DNA of 64,000 nt from Calditrichota bacterium (GTDB lineage: Bacteria; Calditrichota; Calditrichia; RBG-13-44-9; J042), in NCBI GenBank assembly GCA_013150955.1, contig JAADJD010000038.1, positions 92,057 through 156,056 of the forward strand. Reading direction: 5' to 3'. The notes under the pieces were generated by a model, which made no database searches, was not told where the DNA came from, and saw nothing but the letters and a program-made list of their open reading frames with translations. Numbering within the stretch: the first letter of the stretch is position 1; every line of letters starts with the position of its first letter. A program made the position numbers and the translations under genes. This document shows positions 27,601-32,941 of the stretch, in pieces.

Positions 27601-28874
27601 GGCACGGGATTGCCAAAAGGATCAACGGCGGTCAAGACGTACTGCAAATTTTGACCGGCACGTACCGTTTGATCGGCCGCCGGCGTGAACTCGTAGCGGG
27701 CCACCTGAGTGGTCTGCACCGTGAAACTGGACGCCGCGGTGGCCGCACGTGCCTTTTCCAGGTCGGCGTAAACGTGAGTATTGAAGGTGTACGTGCCCGT
27801 GGACGTGGGGGCATCTTCAACAAACACTACCTTTATGGAATCTCGAATGGCGAACGGGGGCAGCAAAATGTACAGGCTATCCACCGTGTTGTTGTAATAC
27901 CAGGTGGCAAATCCCAGATCGGTGGGTGGGGTGGTGGATTTTTTCAGGTAATAGCTCTGCCCGTCCACCACAATTTCGGTCACGTAAATGGGATCGGTAA
28001 CCGTGGTGTTAATGGGATTGCTGATGCGCACCACATCGGCCTTGCCCATTAAATTCAATCGGGAGGCCGTGGAGGTCAGCCCGGTTAAATTCAGGGTAAA
28101 TGTTTGATTGTTAATGGCGGGTTCGGTGGTCGCCGGGGATAAACTGGAGTTCACACTTAGATTCCCAGCTGGATAAAAAATAATGGCCAGACTGTCCGAC
28201 AGCACCGGCTGGTTGTAAGAATAGACCAGATTGTCGAAGAATGAGGTGCCGGTAAACTTCAACCCGATGGTGGCACTGGCACCTTTTTCCTCGGGTGTCA
28301 GACCATCCCCGATGCGTAAATATTGAAACTTGATGATGTTGGTGGTCTCGTACAGAATCACTTCAAATTCGAATGGCCCATCGGCCAGATTCGCCCGACG
28401 TACCACATCCCGAAACTCGATGATCACCTGTCGGTAAGGCGCCTCCCCCTGCACATCCACAAATACCCCACCGGTACTGGTGTTTAAGAATTGCAGATCG
28501 TCCCAGAACACCGCCAGAATCGAATCCGGCGACGTCCCCTGGGCCAGATTATCGTTGGTTGGAAAACTATTGGTGCCATAATTGTGAAAGGTAATGTATC
28601 CGTTAGAACTGATGTAAATCTGGGTAAATGGTCGGGAATAAAAATAAAACGCAAACGGCAGGGTGTAGGTGTAAACTGTATCGTTATCTGGCGGTGTGGC
28701 CAGGTTGGTGGCATCGGAAGTTAAGCGAATCCAGTCGAAGGTCACATGTTGCGAATCGGCCCAGGCAAATCCTTCGGCAGAAGGGCCTCCCTTATCGGCC
28801 CAGACACGCGCAGCAGATCCCAACAGCAAAAGCACGATCAAACTGGAAAAGAGCGGTAGCTTAAATTTCATCAT
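12612..28874 (-). CDS. Giant secreted Ig-like repeat protein (5420 aa) with FlgD-Ig/T9SS-type C-terminal sorting domain
   Basis: Signal peptide; invasin/Big_1-like repeats (D.YGN, TDANG.A.T.WTLG); many V.N.G CARDB-like units; C-terminus NYPNPF...RIYTLLGELV...WDGRN...NGVYL...TKVAFIK. Confidence 0.9.
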   Translation of the reverse strand: MMKFKLPLFSSLIVLLLLGSAARVWADKGGPSAEGFAWADSQHVTFDWIRLTSDATNLATPPDNDTVYTYTLPFAFYFYSRPFTQIYISSNGYITFHNYGTNSFPTNDNLAQGTSPDSILAVFWDDLQFLNTSTGGVFVDVQGEAPYRQVIIEFRDVVRRANLADGPFEFEVILYETTNIIKFQYLRIGDGLTPEEKGASATIGLKFTGTSFFDNLVYSYNQPVLSDSLAIIFYPAGNLSVNSSLSPATTEPAINNQTFTLNLTGLTSTASRLNLMGKADVVRISNPINTTVTDPIYVTEIVVDGQSYYLKKSTTPPTDLGFATWYYNNTVDSLYILLPPFAIRDSIKVVFVEDAPTSTGTYTFNTHVYADLEKARAATAASSFTVQTTQVARYEFTPAADQTVRAGQNLQYVLTAVDPFGNPVPNNDSVNLTAVGSSTATFNRANPIPFNGQDTVHFSVSDTVVGDFTIRAEKSTDPNIDGESGLVTVNPNTPSQMVILSSQSAITVGTSRLLQVALEDAYGNRHKDSLLVFQRLTGNGTFSNGLDSAHVKTNASGVAEVTYTASTTTQHVNDSIRVSWRGTVIDTIILPLQPDAVSYYSFSPSTNQTTTAGTTLNFTITARDVYGNAVNNSDQVILSAIGGTGVTFSPGTTLSFGGGSSVNFSVTDTVAESFTVRAEKSTDANINGESGQITVNPAAPNRFLILSSQSAITVGESRLLQVALEDVYGNRIKDSLVVFQRINGSGTFDNGLDSAHVKTNSSGIAEANYTASTSTQFVNDQIQVSWQTTVRDTIVLPLQPDAVSYYEFVPSTAQTTRAGVALNFKIIARDIYDNPVSNSDQINLSTINGTGVTFSPGTSVTFAADTVVTISVTDTVAETYYVKAEKSTDPNVNGQSGAITVNPANAFLLEELQGSGNTTVGSEVLIRVRLKDQYQNTLSDSTVKFRRIRGTGTFVNTGVDTIDVLTDQNGIAETSYIASESTALTTDSILVYYGTADSIYVVLTLQPADVSYYTIEPSGGVYTYNAGETITLNVTAYDVYGNVVTTSSRQVTLSSNGTGVVFTSANPQNLVNGTATFTAIDTVKESGVTFTVSDATGKSATSNTFTINPAALAELKIRTDANNGGRAVSLLDTIITADESLTYYAAGYDRYGNYIADIDSAHWFSSGGLKPVVNVTARKMTFEPTTSGVTGKIHVEIAGNAAIAGDSTGVVTVNDGALAYLYIQTVPDSGGKQLGDSTIAAGSTLTVYAVGYDSDLNYLGLINSDWTINPSSIGKWGNGQATFTGTSGTMTADSAGNGTIQAVSVANSSISDESGIITVQAGSASYIVIRTQANGGGQRYDQLNVTITTDTTLYLYAAHYDSRGNFVGDLPVTWAISSTLNTVPSGSRSYIQFDPQVAPDNFFIYTTSTTVTNDSTNNITLDVGTLDYIVIQDVSGSAGSEIDTLTMTAGTTLNLYASGYDAKDNFIADQSSNWSHIPDTIGVFQTPNPTATNVFEARKSGNTVIKAVTASGGLLDQTSTITVKPANPATLTKVASTDSQTASPGTVVPRDLKVRVLDAYSNPVPNVQVTWNPVGGGSVNPTVSTTNSQGYASTTWTLHPTTDPDSVKAYLATYTTNPDTVTFYGFPTSTKADTMIYASATSDTGAVNGVVGPFRVQILDSLNNPVSGTKVSFAITSEPDGAVNQSLSADSAFTDANGYAETSLTLGSKLGTYRVSAFASTTPARLDFTGVANQPAAANAILVINGDGQTDTVGQALPTPVKVKLVDAYENPISGETIVFEPLNGGSVSPTSAVTDANGFASTTWTLGTTRGTYYLRARNSAGTIISDTLTATAISDAPRQLQLVSIRNIASDSVTTLPTYATPFSVRVRDQYGNIVGNTTIQFSIASGANALLTESSATADTNGVVKNSVKIDDAATLTIVNAYIAGVDTLPIHFYRLQYTAGSLTPDIARLGTTETFQIQVTNPGPYPVRLDTNNSYLTFTDGSITITTYLNQTDSIPANATGWTLSFDPVTISNQLTTGRYTPEIALKGRGVDADFRGSLYTDTQELRIFTIDILSTATAPDRIERGNTFDVTMTVRNAGNVTINVDTANTYVYLRDGGQTYLLPSQTLSAVTSIGPDQTVNFQYRLTVPVNFPLGSFYIDGVINGTIVENGQAVADSTANTPDVIQIISAATISYVANSLSPRQVTNGLPFAFQLKIQNTGQAEVTLDSTRTFMVFGVDTFYLDKDQVVNGNSSLMLDFERDTVKSNAAVSRYRATLYLYGLEGQATYTDTLTNFDSLRVQNQPSLVYTSFVVDSTQASQGEGNIPLTLVMQNNANLGAPLVIQSADDIVIKSVDTVYATAISPAPSAYPVVLQAGQSGTFQFQLRFHDAFPVGMQKLWARTTYADSNSNQRYVYEDQTTQIDSIRILKKTTITILSVQVVGSDTVSQGQTGVTFNMVLQNSGEVNGHVGVDSAYLSFNNQHSLESITPPLPVTILAGSTDTLQFKYTINSKSALGPDPVNGTVIYSNVRTGAITTEKRNNADTIYVESAADTNLITINSLDVSQFNVNQGQSGISAKVKLTNLAEADARIDSLRIFANQPGVKDSLVSALGILPGKSSRTYNFLLSISTTADTGIIPLDVRAVFTDLNSNQQYREVGASRTDSVNVLTPANLIVNAVQVSRDTVSQGQQDVEVTTFVKNTGMADLRLDAFTPSISPDAAGFTMERVSPVDLPTIAGGDSVKFIYRMTVKLTAQTVTDTIDFEARGTDLVDNRSLGPVTSTAPATVLVQSAGSVQIDSVTTPVTAVSVGQKGIPVRVYFQNPGQALVDVTEVTLYFNGATTGFYQNLDSLSSDPFSGNNIAYFSLEVLSSASEGNYTITSTVEGIETNKQETVKDSSTAAEGPTLTVTRPAELRILAVDASSPTFAFDSVSIGSNDVPVHVRVKNTGNTPLLLDTLQVTFSTGSFAGQDTVFAPALEIAAGATRQIDFAIDVLSSNSPRSVTLNARGAGRDSHSNMRLTDSGADTTDSWRMVVPGKLIYTSISPNEVSNGQVVGFRVEVENEGQANMKLFAASTYLDFAGTRYYLKNDTWVEGNRIKYLYFENKTIQLPTGSIDGQLYANNYFENGFYKSTVLSPITITVYDSAKVVIHTITAPDTVSQEQVFSIQVAVRNDGASRANAIIDSLLIPELGIREYVGQQATPNTVLMLPTANASLDTTVQGNYPYTVRVIWRDVNINRQNRTDSLTQVFVLKKATIDFVQAVAPDTVTTGQTVDSVKITLRNRGEVAALLDQIQFTPNMGVYTITAQHNVQQIPPGQTVNLFYQFRVEDNSATGRDSIALTVRGRDELSQNAITTQVSPAFDWLIQENPDLAITSVVASQSTVSRGQTGVRVKVNLVNNGGGDVVLDTVRLNFSSGNANYSNIVRSNLNKTIAGGDTAVVLLYVDVSTTATLGADVIDAAASGRNAVSGSRVQAPAAQTTASWTVQQRPVLAYTSFAVDQDTASTGQTNVLLAFTIKNQGQGNPTATARIDSIEILANNVAFDTSNFNIVRLFSLPVTLPNGASSSLNYRIEVKPTAASNRYTFTARVHYRDENDQQALLFEDASTSDDLQVVQQARLVVESIAIAPDTAHVGQEDVQYVVRIRNTGEAGAEIFSNTLQFYVSYPFTQTLQNPLLPVTVAGGNTVDLTYSVDVPNSISLDTYQDTLIYAGTRLTAQDVYSEASLNTTADSLAYLTVVNPADFEFLELGPYTVFDDGDTVQFTVTVVNAGGSIVHLNNQTHLEIPSEPAMITYIDPLATDMTVAPAETTVLVFQPLVLSQTGEYVPVTRIRGTSNEIPYAENLNTVVINIGGNVSITDVQVNPDQVVPGQKNVDVFVRVTNAGPPLKIDEQGTMLDFRYVDNGEILFAPNRRVDNLDTLHTTPPGSFETLQWLFDVPDDARVGRVTVKAIISFNNGTLTKVSLLPDTFLIKSGVLLSYQNGSLEPDSIVPGETVTFSVIVENSGNTDLIVNPDSSYLEFTDGVRVFRANVDGNITIRGTLTQTPRENTVPFVTETVPPDFAPNLILPIQVVMHGKLPNDQPFEGDTLVGQHQLTVLPEALVVVDSIDIVPQVVTRGQSFVEVRYYLSNKGASGAQVNELNSVFVDSAGQEMTDQWITVFNSHNLPFTILPGEQVTFIRKYNILDTAPLGPAFAGLNGAYNDLRKPDDERNFTSGAVTDQVRIIQFSSAFVSQLKLAQVPNPPFVNYGQPVALELYLANSGDDTLSQVHVTIFKDAEIFIRDTIPVLLPNRITKFTYTFRADSVSQTQLFRATIDSAFSRITGNQVFVGQPVDNTENLFIQQPVVLTLSATASDSTLSQVQEFTVDYRISTTGESEWSTGQVELVLPPNYQLTPETPDAVQTISPTNRSGFWKVKAMDLTQGLNDTLLVHLRQLPLDVNTNQPAGVAIDTVKIPVRTDTSARIVSTVEIIDPVGAVDRELTTGQQFLLKNTIFFLGQVARSDRVAEVIVPTGYSVEGRTRVDVEPQGVVQEVVWRINTPATPSGPDTLRIINRGKDENTFEEITDVQTLVVNVVDGARIRLQAAIAAPEGAVDGELSTDQLFQLKIQTLNVGQAGILDTSRNRIRIQLPAGIQFADRSGDTLSIQLGIQDTTLTLRTLNNPLPLQNIVVQLQEVARDENTLEPAAIVNNLVRIPIRVVRKALLQLSVSGDTVMSTGQTGLLTVELRNLGDARVVPDSVRVQIVQMGQGLTLLGTPATQYIAIDPETRSGAAHLAVSATANVGADTLIVAITDSLARDENNNFENARVARVSDTVRFAYVIEQRGLIVTQLSIDWPEGARDSTISTGQTFRLKGEVEFRGSVAPENRLVALVFDPATGFRILGDSVQVVSDRGDQVTVTWDVLAPDFVPGSGAVPGVPAAMVAQSPRKKFVNEGPEPRQKPTKPGKTGKSSTAGKLPPRKFGKRTGDDALRILGFEKMKPVMAEARSKVFKVMDVLKTTQGTPFFLQAYAVEKNTGEALSQTSNMLPIEVQRRAVLRLEGVQRAYRLSQKQRFDVSVRVVNTGEAPVSGSGSVRIELNGILLAPGETSEKSFSLGANKDTRITWKLMAPDSNINTLMNITFGQLPQDANTNAPVDVHPDSNRVVIDVNMIPKRLIVEKLEDIIPESNYVQGQKDVAVLGFSMSNPQIDDTLYVKKVLISLRNPAEGNRPYADLVNMISRIKVVSLKYYRELLKKKAAGQIPDIFADVPVTDTTANPASVPFNVNQDVLLPGEKHELVVLFDIAQNAPNRNFHVGLDGVVAFQKFAGDFYSVEVTDSIGNPIDTLNNKLQSQSISVVPSDPKKSFGNYPNPFGLRDEYTKFVFYLESPADVELRIYTLLGELVWKKEEKGLQKGLYDGKIVWDGRNERGYRVLNGVYLAVLRVKYQNGETKMFKTKVAFIK
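25850..27710 (-). repeat. Three tandem ~206-aa (~618-bp) repeats within the giant protein
   Basis: Recurring AEKSTDxNxxGxSGxxTVNP, SSQSAITVGxSRLLQVALEDxYGNR, LDSAHVKTN and LQPDAVSYY units about 618 bp apart. Confidence 0.85.
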
Positions 28875-28885
28875 CCGTTTCCGGG

Positions 28886-29362
28886 CTATTTTTTCAATGT
28901 AATTTTGGATGTTACATCGACCAAACCCGATGGATTAAAAACGGAAGTACTTCCGGCCCAGACCCGCAATTGTTGCACGGGGGTGCGCCGATCCACCGGA
29001 AGTAAGCGAATTTGCATTCGATTGAAATCCGCCCGTCGATCGGGATGGAAGATAATCGTCAACATGCGACGGGTGGAATCGTAGTTCCAGTGCACCACGT
29101 CCGGATGCGCCGGCGGCTGATCCGATTGTTTCAGCCAGAGCGATTGGCCATCCACCCACACCTCGCCCACCGCCAGCGCCGCCTCGCTGGTATCCTGCAC
29201 AAATAGCACGACGGCCGCTTGCGGCAAATCCGCGGCAGCCAGCTCCACATCCAGATGACGGGTAACCGCCTCCTGCGCCAGCGCCATTGTCCCCAGCGAA
29301 AGCATCCCCAGGATCCAGCTCACTTTCAGGAACAGCGATTTTATCATCATGATCTTTACCAA
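28886..29362 (-). CDS. Small exported protein paralogous to a domain of the adjacent giant protein
   Basis: Signal peptide ending ALA|QE; ends 11 bp upstream of the giant gene; shares a VDGQS..LK.S..PP......W.Y motif with it. Confidence 0.75.
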   Translation of the reverse strand: MVKIMMIKSLFLKVSWILGMLSLGTMALAQEAVTRHLDVELAAADLPQAAVVLFVQDTSEAALAVGEVWVDGQSLWLKQSDQPPAHPDVVHWNYDSTRRMLTIIFHPDRRADFNRMQIRLLPVDRRTPVQQLRVWAGSTSVFNPSGLVDVTSKITLKK

Positions 29363-29467
29363 CCGATTTTTTCGCCTATTGTTGAGATTTTCAAAATATC
29401 CGCACTTTTACCCGATAAGGGTGATAACAATCACAAGGATTTTAATAGATTTACGGTTTTTCTCCCG

Positions 29468-30658
29468 TCAGACAATGGCTTTGATGAGTGCCAGAAATTC
29501 CCGGCTATCATTTTCAATAATGCGACGATTTTTGGCGGCCTTCTCAAAATTGGGATTGATGCGGGTGGCCTCCCGGAAATAATCCTTGCCCTGCAAAAAG
29601 TAGTGCCGGCACTGCATCAGGTGGATTAACCCGATGTAATACCACAAATCCGGATAATTAATGCGGGCATCAATGGCCTGCTGTAACCGTTCTTCAAATC
29701 GTTCCAGCAAGCTGAAGGTCACCTCGTCGCTGTAATATTTTAAAAATAAGTAAAATTGATGACCAATGAGTTCCGGAGGGAATCGTTTTTCAAAATGCTT
29801 TTCGAAAAACTCATCGGCGTAGGCCACGGCTTTATTAATTGCCCCTTTCTGAATCTGCTGGAACAGCTGCTGCACAAACTTTCGGGTGGAGTCATCGCCA
29901 ATCTCGTGCACCTTTTGCATGGTGATTTTCAGGAACGAAATCACCTTATTTTTCTCTTCGGGACGATTTTCGGCACGCAAAAACTGAATTCGCCGCAGCA
30001 ACACGCGCATCAAATTCACGTGGGCTTCCACGTATTCGGGATTGTAATGAAGGGCTTGCTTTAAATACTGGAGGGCCTGAATGTATTGCTTGCGTTCCAG
30101 GGAAATGAGGCCAAACAAATTGTAGAAATCGGGATACTGAATGTTGTACTTGAGTAGATTGGACAACACGGCATGCGCCTGCTGAAATTTCCGTTGCCGG
30201 TAATAGGTGCGTCCCAGGTAAACGCCGCTGCTGTAGCGCTGGGGATCCAGCTCCATGGCGCGGGAAAAGTGAAATTCCGCTTTATCGTACACGTGCATGA
30301 ATAAAAAGATGCGGCCGATTTTTTCGTGAGCCTGGGCATCGTTTTCCTGATTGACCCGCTCGGAGATGTGAAAGAGGGCTTCGATTTCTTCCACGATGGT
30401 GCGGTGGAACTGATCGGCCAGCTGACGAATCCGGCGCTCCAGCCCTTTATCGTCCTGCTGGCGACGCCGTTCGTAATAATACAGCTCCGAATACAACAAC
30501 CGTCCCTGTTCGAACACCTCGCTTTTGATAAACCCGCCATCAATATTGGTCGATGTCTGGATATGAAACTTCCGTTGATCGACTTCCAGATTACTATTCA
30601 AGCCAACATCAGCCATTGGGGTACCGATCATCCGTTCCGATTTTTCATTCAGGATCAA
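29468..30658 (-). CDS. Tetratricopeptide repeat protein
   Basis: TPR motifs (AHEKIGRIF, AMELDP, YPDFYNLFG, ALHYNPEY, YPDLWYYIG, ATRINPNF); the start may be the internal MADVGLN. Confidence 0.8.
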   Translation of the reverse strand: MILNEKSERMIGTPMADVGLNSNLEVDQRKFHIQTSTNIDGGFIKSEVFEQGRLLYSELYYYERRRQQDDKGLERRIRQLADQFHRTIVEEIEALFHISERVNQENDAQAHEKIGRIFLFMHVYDKAEFHFSRAMELDPQRYSSGVYLGRTYYRQRKFQQAHAVLSNLLKYNIQYPDFYNLFGLISLERKQYIQALQYLKQALHYNPEYVEAHVNLMRVLLRRIQFLRAENRPEEKNKVISFLKITMQKVHEIGDDSTRKFVQQLFQQIQKGAINKAVAYADEFFEKHFEKRFPPELIGHQFYLFLKYYSDEVTFSLLERFEERLQQAIDARINYPDLWYYIGLIHLMQCRHYFLQGKDYFREATRINPNFEKAAKNRRIIENDSREFLALIKAIV

Positions 30659-30742
30659 TTAACCAAAAAATCATTTAAAGTTAGGCATCGAATGCAGGTA
30701 ATTCAAGAAAATTCATCGTCTGGCGCAAATTGTCGTTTCAGG

Positions 30743-31129
30743 CTACCGTTTTTCTTTCAATACATCCAGGAAGGCCCGAATGGCACGCGCCACGGCCGCC
30801 AGCGTGGTAAAGGTTTCTACAAATGGATCCTCTATGCGGCGTTTGATGTCTTTCTCCAACTGGACAATATCATCTACCATGCCCTTCACCTCCTGGGCCG
30901 CTTCTTCCAGCATCATCACCTGCCGGCGACCCGAGGTTAAAATGCTGGTGAGATTGGTGGTGATTTCATCCAGGTTGGTCAAAATCGCGGGTAGATGGTG
31001 ATTCAATGAATCGGAAATCACCTCTACCCGCTTGGCCGTTCGCCGCAACTGAACGATGGTGGGCACCAGAAAGGCAACCAGAATCACAAATCCAATGCTC
31101 ACGATCAGTAAACTGATTTCCCAGATCAT
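30743..31129 (-). CDS. DUF948 / YtxG-like protein
   Basis: N-terminal TM (FVILVAFLVPTIVQLRRT) followed by a coiled coil; adjacent to a YtxH-like gene. Confidence 0.75.
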   Translation of the reverse strand: MIWEISLLIVSIGFVILVAFLVPTIVQLRRTAKRVEVISDSLNHHLPAILTNLDEITTNLTSILTSGRRQVMMLEEAAQEVKGMVDDIVQLEKDIKRRIEDPFVETFTTLAAVARAIRAFLDVLKEKR

Positions 31130-31162
31130 GGATTCTTCTCCCTTTTATTCACCGCAGTGGAT

Positions 31163-31570
31163 TCAGGCCTTCTTCTTGCTTTCCTTCTTCTCTTTCTTTT
31201 CTTTCTCTTCCATAAATGCGGTCTTCCCCGCCTCAATGGCTTTTTTCAATCGGGACTTGCTCTCTTCCACCTCTTCCTTGCCCTTTTCCACCATCTCTTC
31301 CACCAGGTGCTCCATTTCTTCGGCTTTTTTCTTGGCCTCTTCTTCCAGTTCTTTCAGCCGGGCCATTGCCTTTTCGTACGATTTCTTTGCAGCTTCCAGT
31401 GCCCGGTCGTAATCCTTCTTCGCCTGTTCGTAAAACTCCTCCGCCTTCTGGCTCAGCTCCTCACGCGTCTCCCGCCCACTCTTCGGGGCATACAATAAGG
31501 CCACAATTGCACCGACTGCACCACCAATAATAAATCCCTTCAGAAAATCCAGACCTCGATTTTCCGCCAT
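31163..31570 (-). CDS. YtxH-like protein
   Basis: FLKGFIIGGAVGAIVALLYAPKSGRETRE signature followed by a charged coiled coil; AGGAGG RBS. Confidence 0.88.
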   Translation of the reverse strand: MAENRGLDFLKGFIIGGAVGAIVALLYAPKSGRETREELSQKAEEFYEQAKKDYDRALEAAKKSYEKAMARLKELEEEAKKKAEEMEHLVEEMVEKGKEEVEESKSRLKKAIEAGKTAFMEEKEKKEKKESKKKA

Positions 31571-31641
31571 GATGACCCTCCTTTAGTTTCATTCATTTTT
31601 TTCAAACGATCCTGTTGTTTCCGAGATTCCCTTTGTGCAAA

Positions 31642-31670
31642 AAATTAACCGCAAAAGGATTATTTTACAA
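31642..31670 (-). promoter_or_regulatory. Putative sigma70-type promoter upstream of the ytxH-like gene
   Basis: Minus strand TTGTAA-N17-TAATTT. Confidence 0.4.
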
Positions 31671-31702
31671 GCATATTCGAGAAAGGCAGGGTCAGAGTTG
31701 AG

Positions 31703-31869
31703 CCCCAAATCATGCAGTGAACCACGAATCACGCGAATGAATTCGAAAAAAATTAACAAAATAGCGAATATATCCGGGAAAATATTTTCATCCAGATAGA
31801 ATCAAGTGCATTTTGTTATTTTTATTGGTGTTAATTCGTGTCATTCGTAGGCTAATGCATAATCTGGGT
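31703..31869 (-). mobile_element. MITE-like element, full copy (subfamily A)
   Basis: Reverse-complement match to the consensus; ends TGCATAATCTGGGT|TTA. Confidence 0.85.
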
Positions 31870-31923
31870 TTATAAGAAGAATCTCTCAAAAGGGAATGTT
31901 TTCCTCCGACAATTTTCCAATGT

Positions 31924-32862
31924 TTACTGGACTATCGGGATGCGCGCAGCGACCGGCCGATGGTCGGAAACGTCCTGATAAAAATTGCTCAGGAGCTGAT
32001 CCAGTTTAATGATCTGGGTTTCGATATTGGGATACGCCTGCTGAATGCTGGTGGTGATTAAAATGTGGTCAATCAGGCTGCGGTAATTTCCCACATAATA
32101 CGATACTTCGCCATTCTTTGCCAGCGGAAGCGTCAGGAAGATAAACTGCTCCGGATTATTCAAAAACGGCAGAAACACATTGTGCAGGTCTTCGTCGGTG
32201 AGTTCATCGTTCCAGTCGCCGGCCAGGATAAAATCAGGATCGGCACCCGCGGCGATCTGATCTTCCACGTACTTCTTTAACTTCTGTACTGCACTGCGCC
32301 GACGATCCTCGTTTTCGGCACCACTAAACGCCTTTAAATGCAGGACAATCAGGTAAAAATCAAAATCCACCGTGCCAAAATCGGCGGTGACATACACCTG
32401 AAGCGGCGGCCGGGGAAAACTGAACCGGTCGTTCCAGTACAGCTGCTTTTTATCGGCCAGCGTCACCAGCTGCTTTTTGTAAATCACCCCGGTCTTTTGA
32501 TACCAGCTGGAGTAGGTATCGGCGGAATAAATTCCCTCATAATCGGGAAGCCGCTGCAGCAACTGCCGGAACGCCACCGTGTCCTGAATCTCCTGCACCG
32601 CATAAACATCAATGTTCAGGGACTGGATAATCTCGGCCAGCAATTTCAGGGTGTTCTCTCCGGCCTTGGGAAAATTTTGAATATTCCAGGTGGCAATTTC
32701 GAAGGTCTGGTCGCTACCAAAAGCCGGAATCCGGGATTTTTCTCCGTCTTCCGGGGTTACCGGCAAATCGCCATTGGTGACCCGCTTATTGCACCCGAAG
32801 ATTCCCAGCAGGAATAGGCCGATCAGCAAGAACAATCGGATAAACGGGGTCAGTCGCGTCAT
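31924..32862 (-). CDS. Endonuclease/exonuclease/phosphatase (DNase I-like) family lipoprotein
   Basis: IATWNIQNF, AVQEI, VLHLKA, ILAGDWND, IDHILIT, VSDHRPV. Start moved to ATG 32862, which gives the lipoprotein signal LLGIFGC and removes the overlap with ndk. Confidence 0.88.
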   Translation of the reverse strand: MTRLTPFIRLFLLIGLFLLGIFGCNKRVTNGDLPVTPEDGEKSRIPAFGSDQTFEIATWNIQNFPKAGENTLKLLAEIIQSLNIDVYAVQEIQDTVAFRQLLQRLPDYEGIYSADTYSSWYQKTGVIYKKQLVTLADKKQLYWNDRFSFPRPPLQVYVTADFGTVDFDFYLIVLHLKAFSGAENEDRRRSAVQKLKKYVEDQIAAGADPDFILAGDWNDELTDEDLHNVFLPFLNNPEQFIFLTLPLAKNGEVSYYVGNYRSLIDHILITTSIQQAYPNIETQIIKLDQLLSNFYQDVSDHRPVAARIPIVQ

Positions 32863-32941
32863 GGTCAAAGCAAAGCCCTGCGGACAGGCGCTGTCGGCAG
32901 GGCCTCTGGTTTCGTTTCCTTCCATTTTCTCTAACGTTCCA

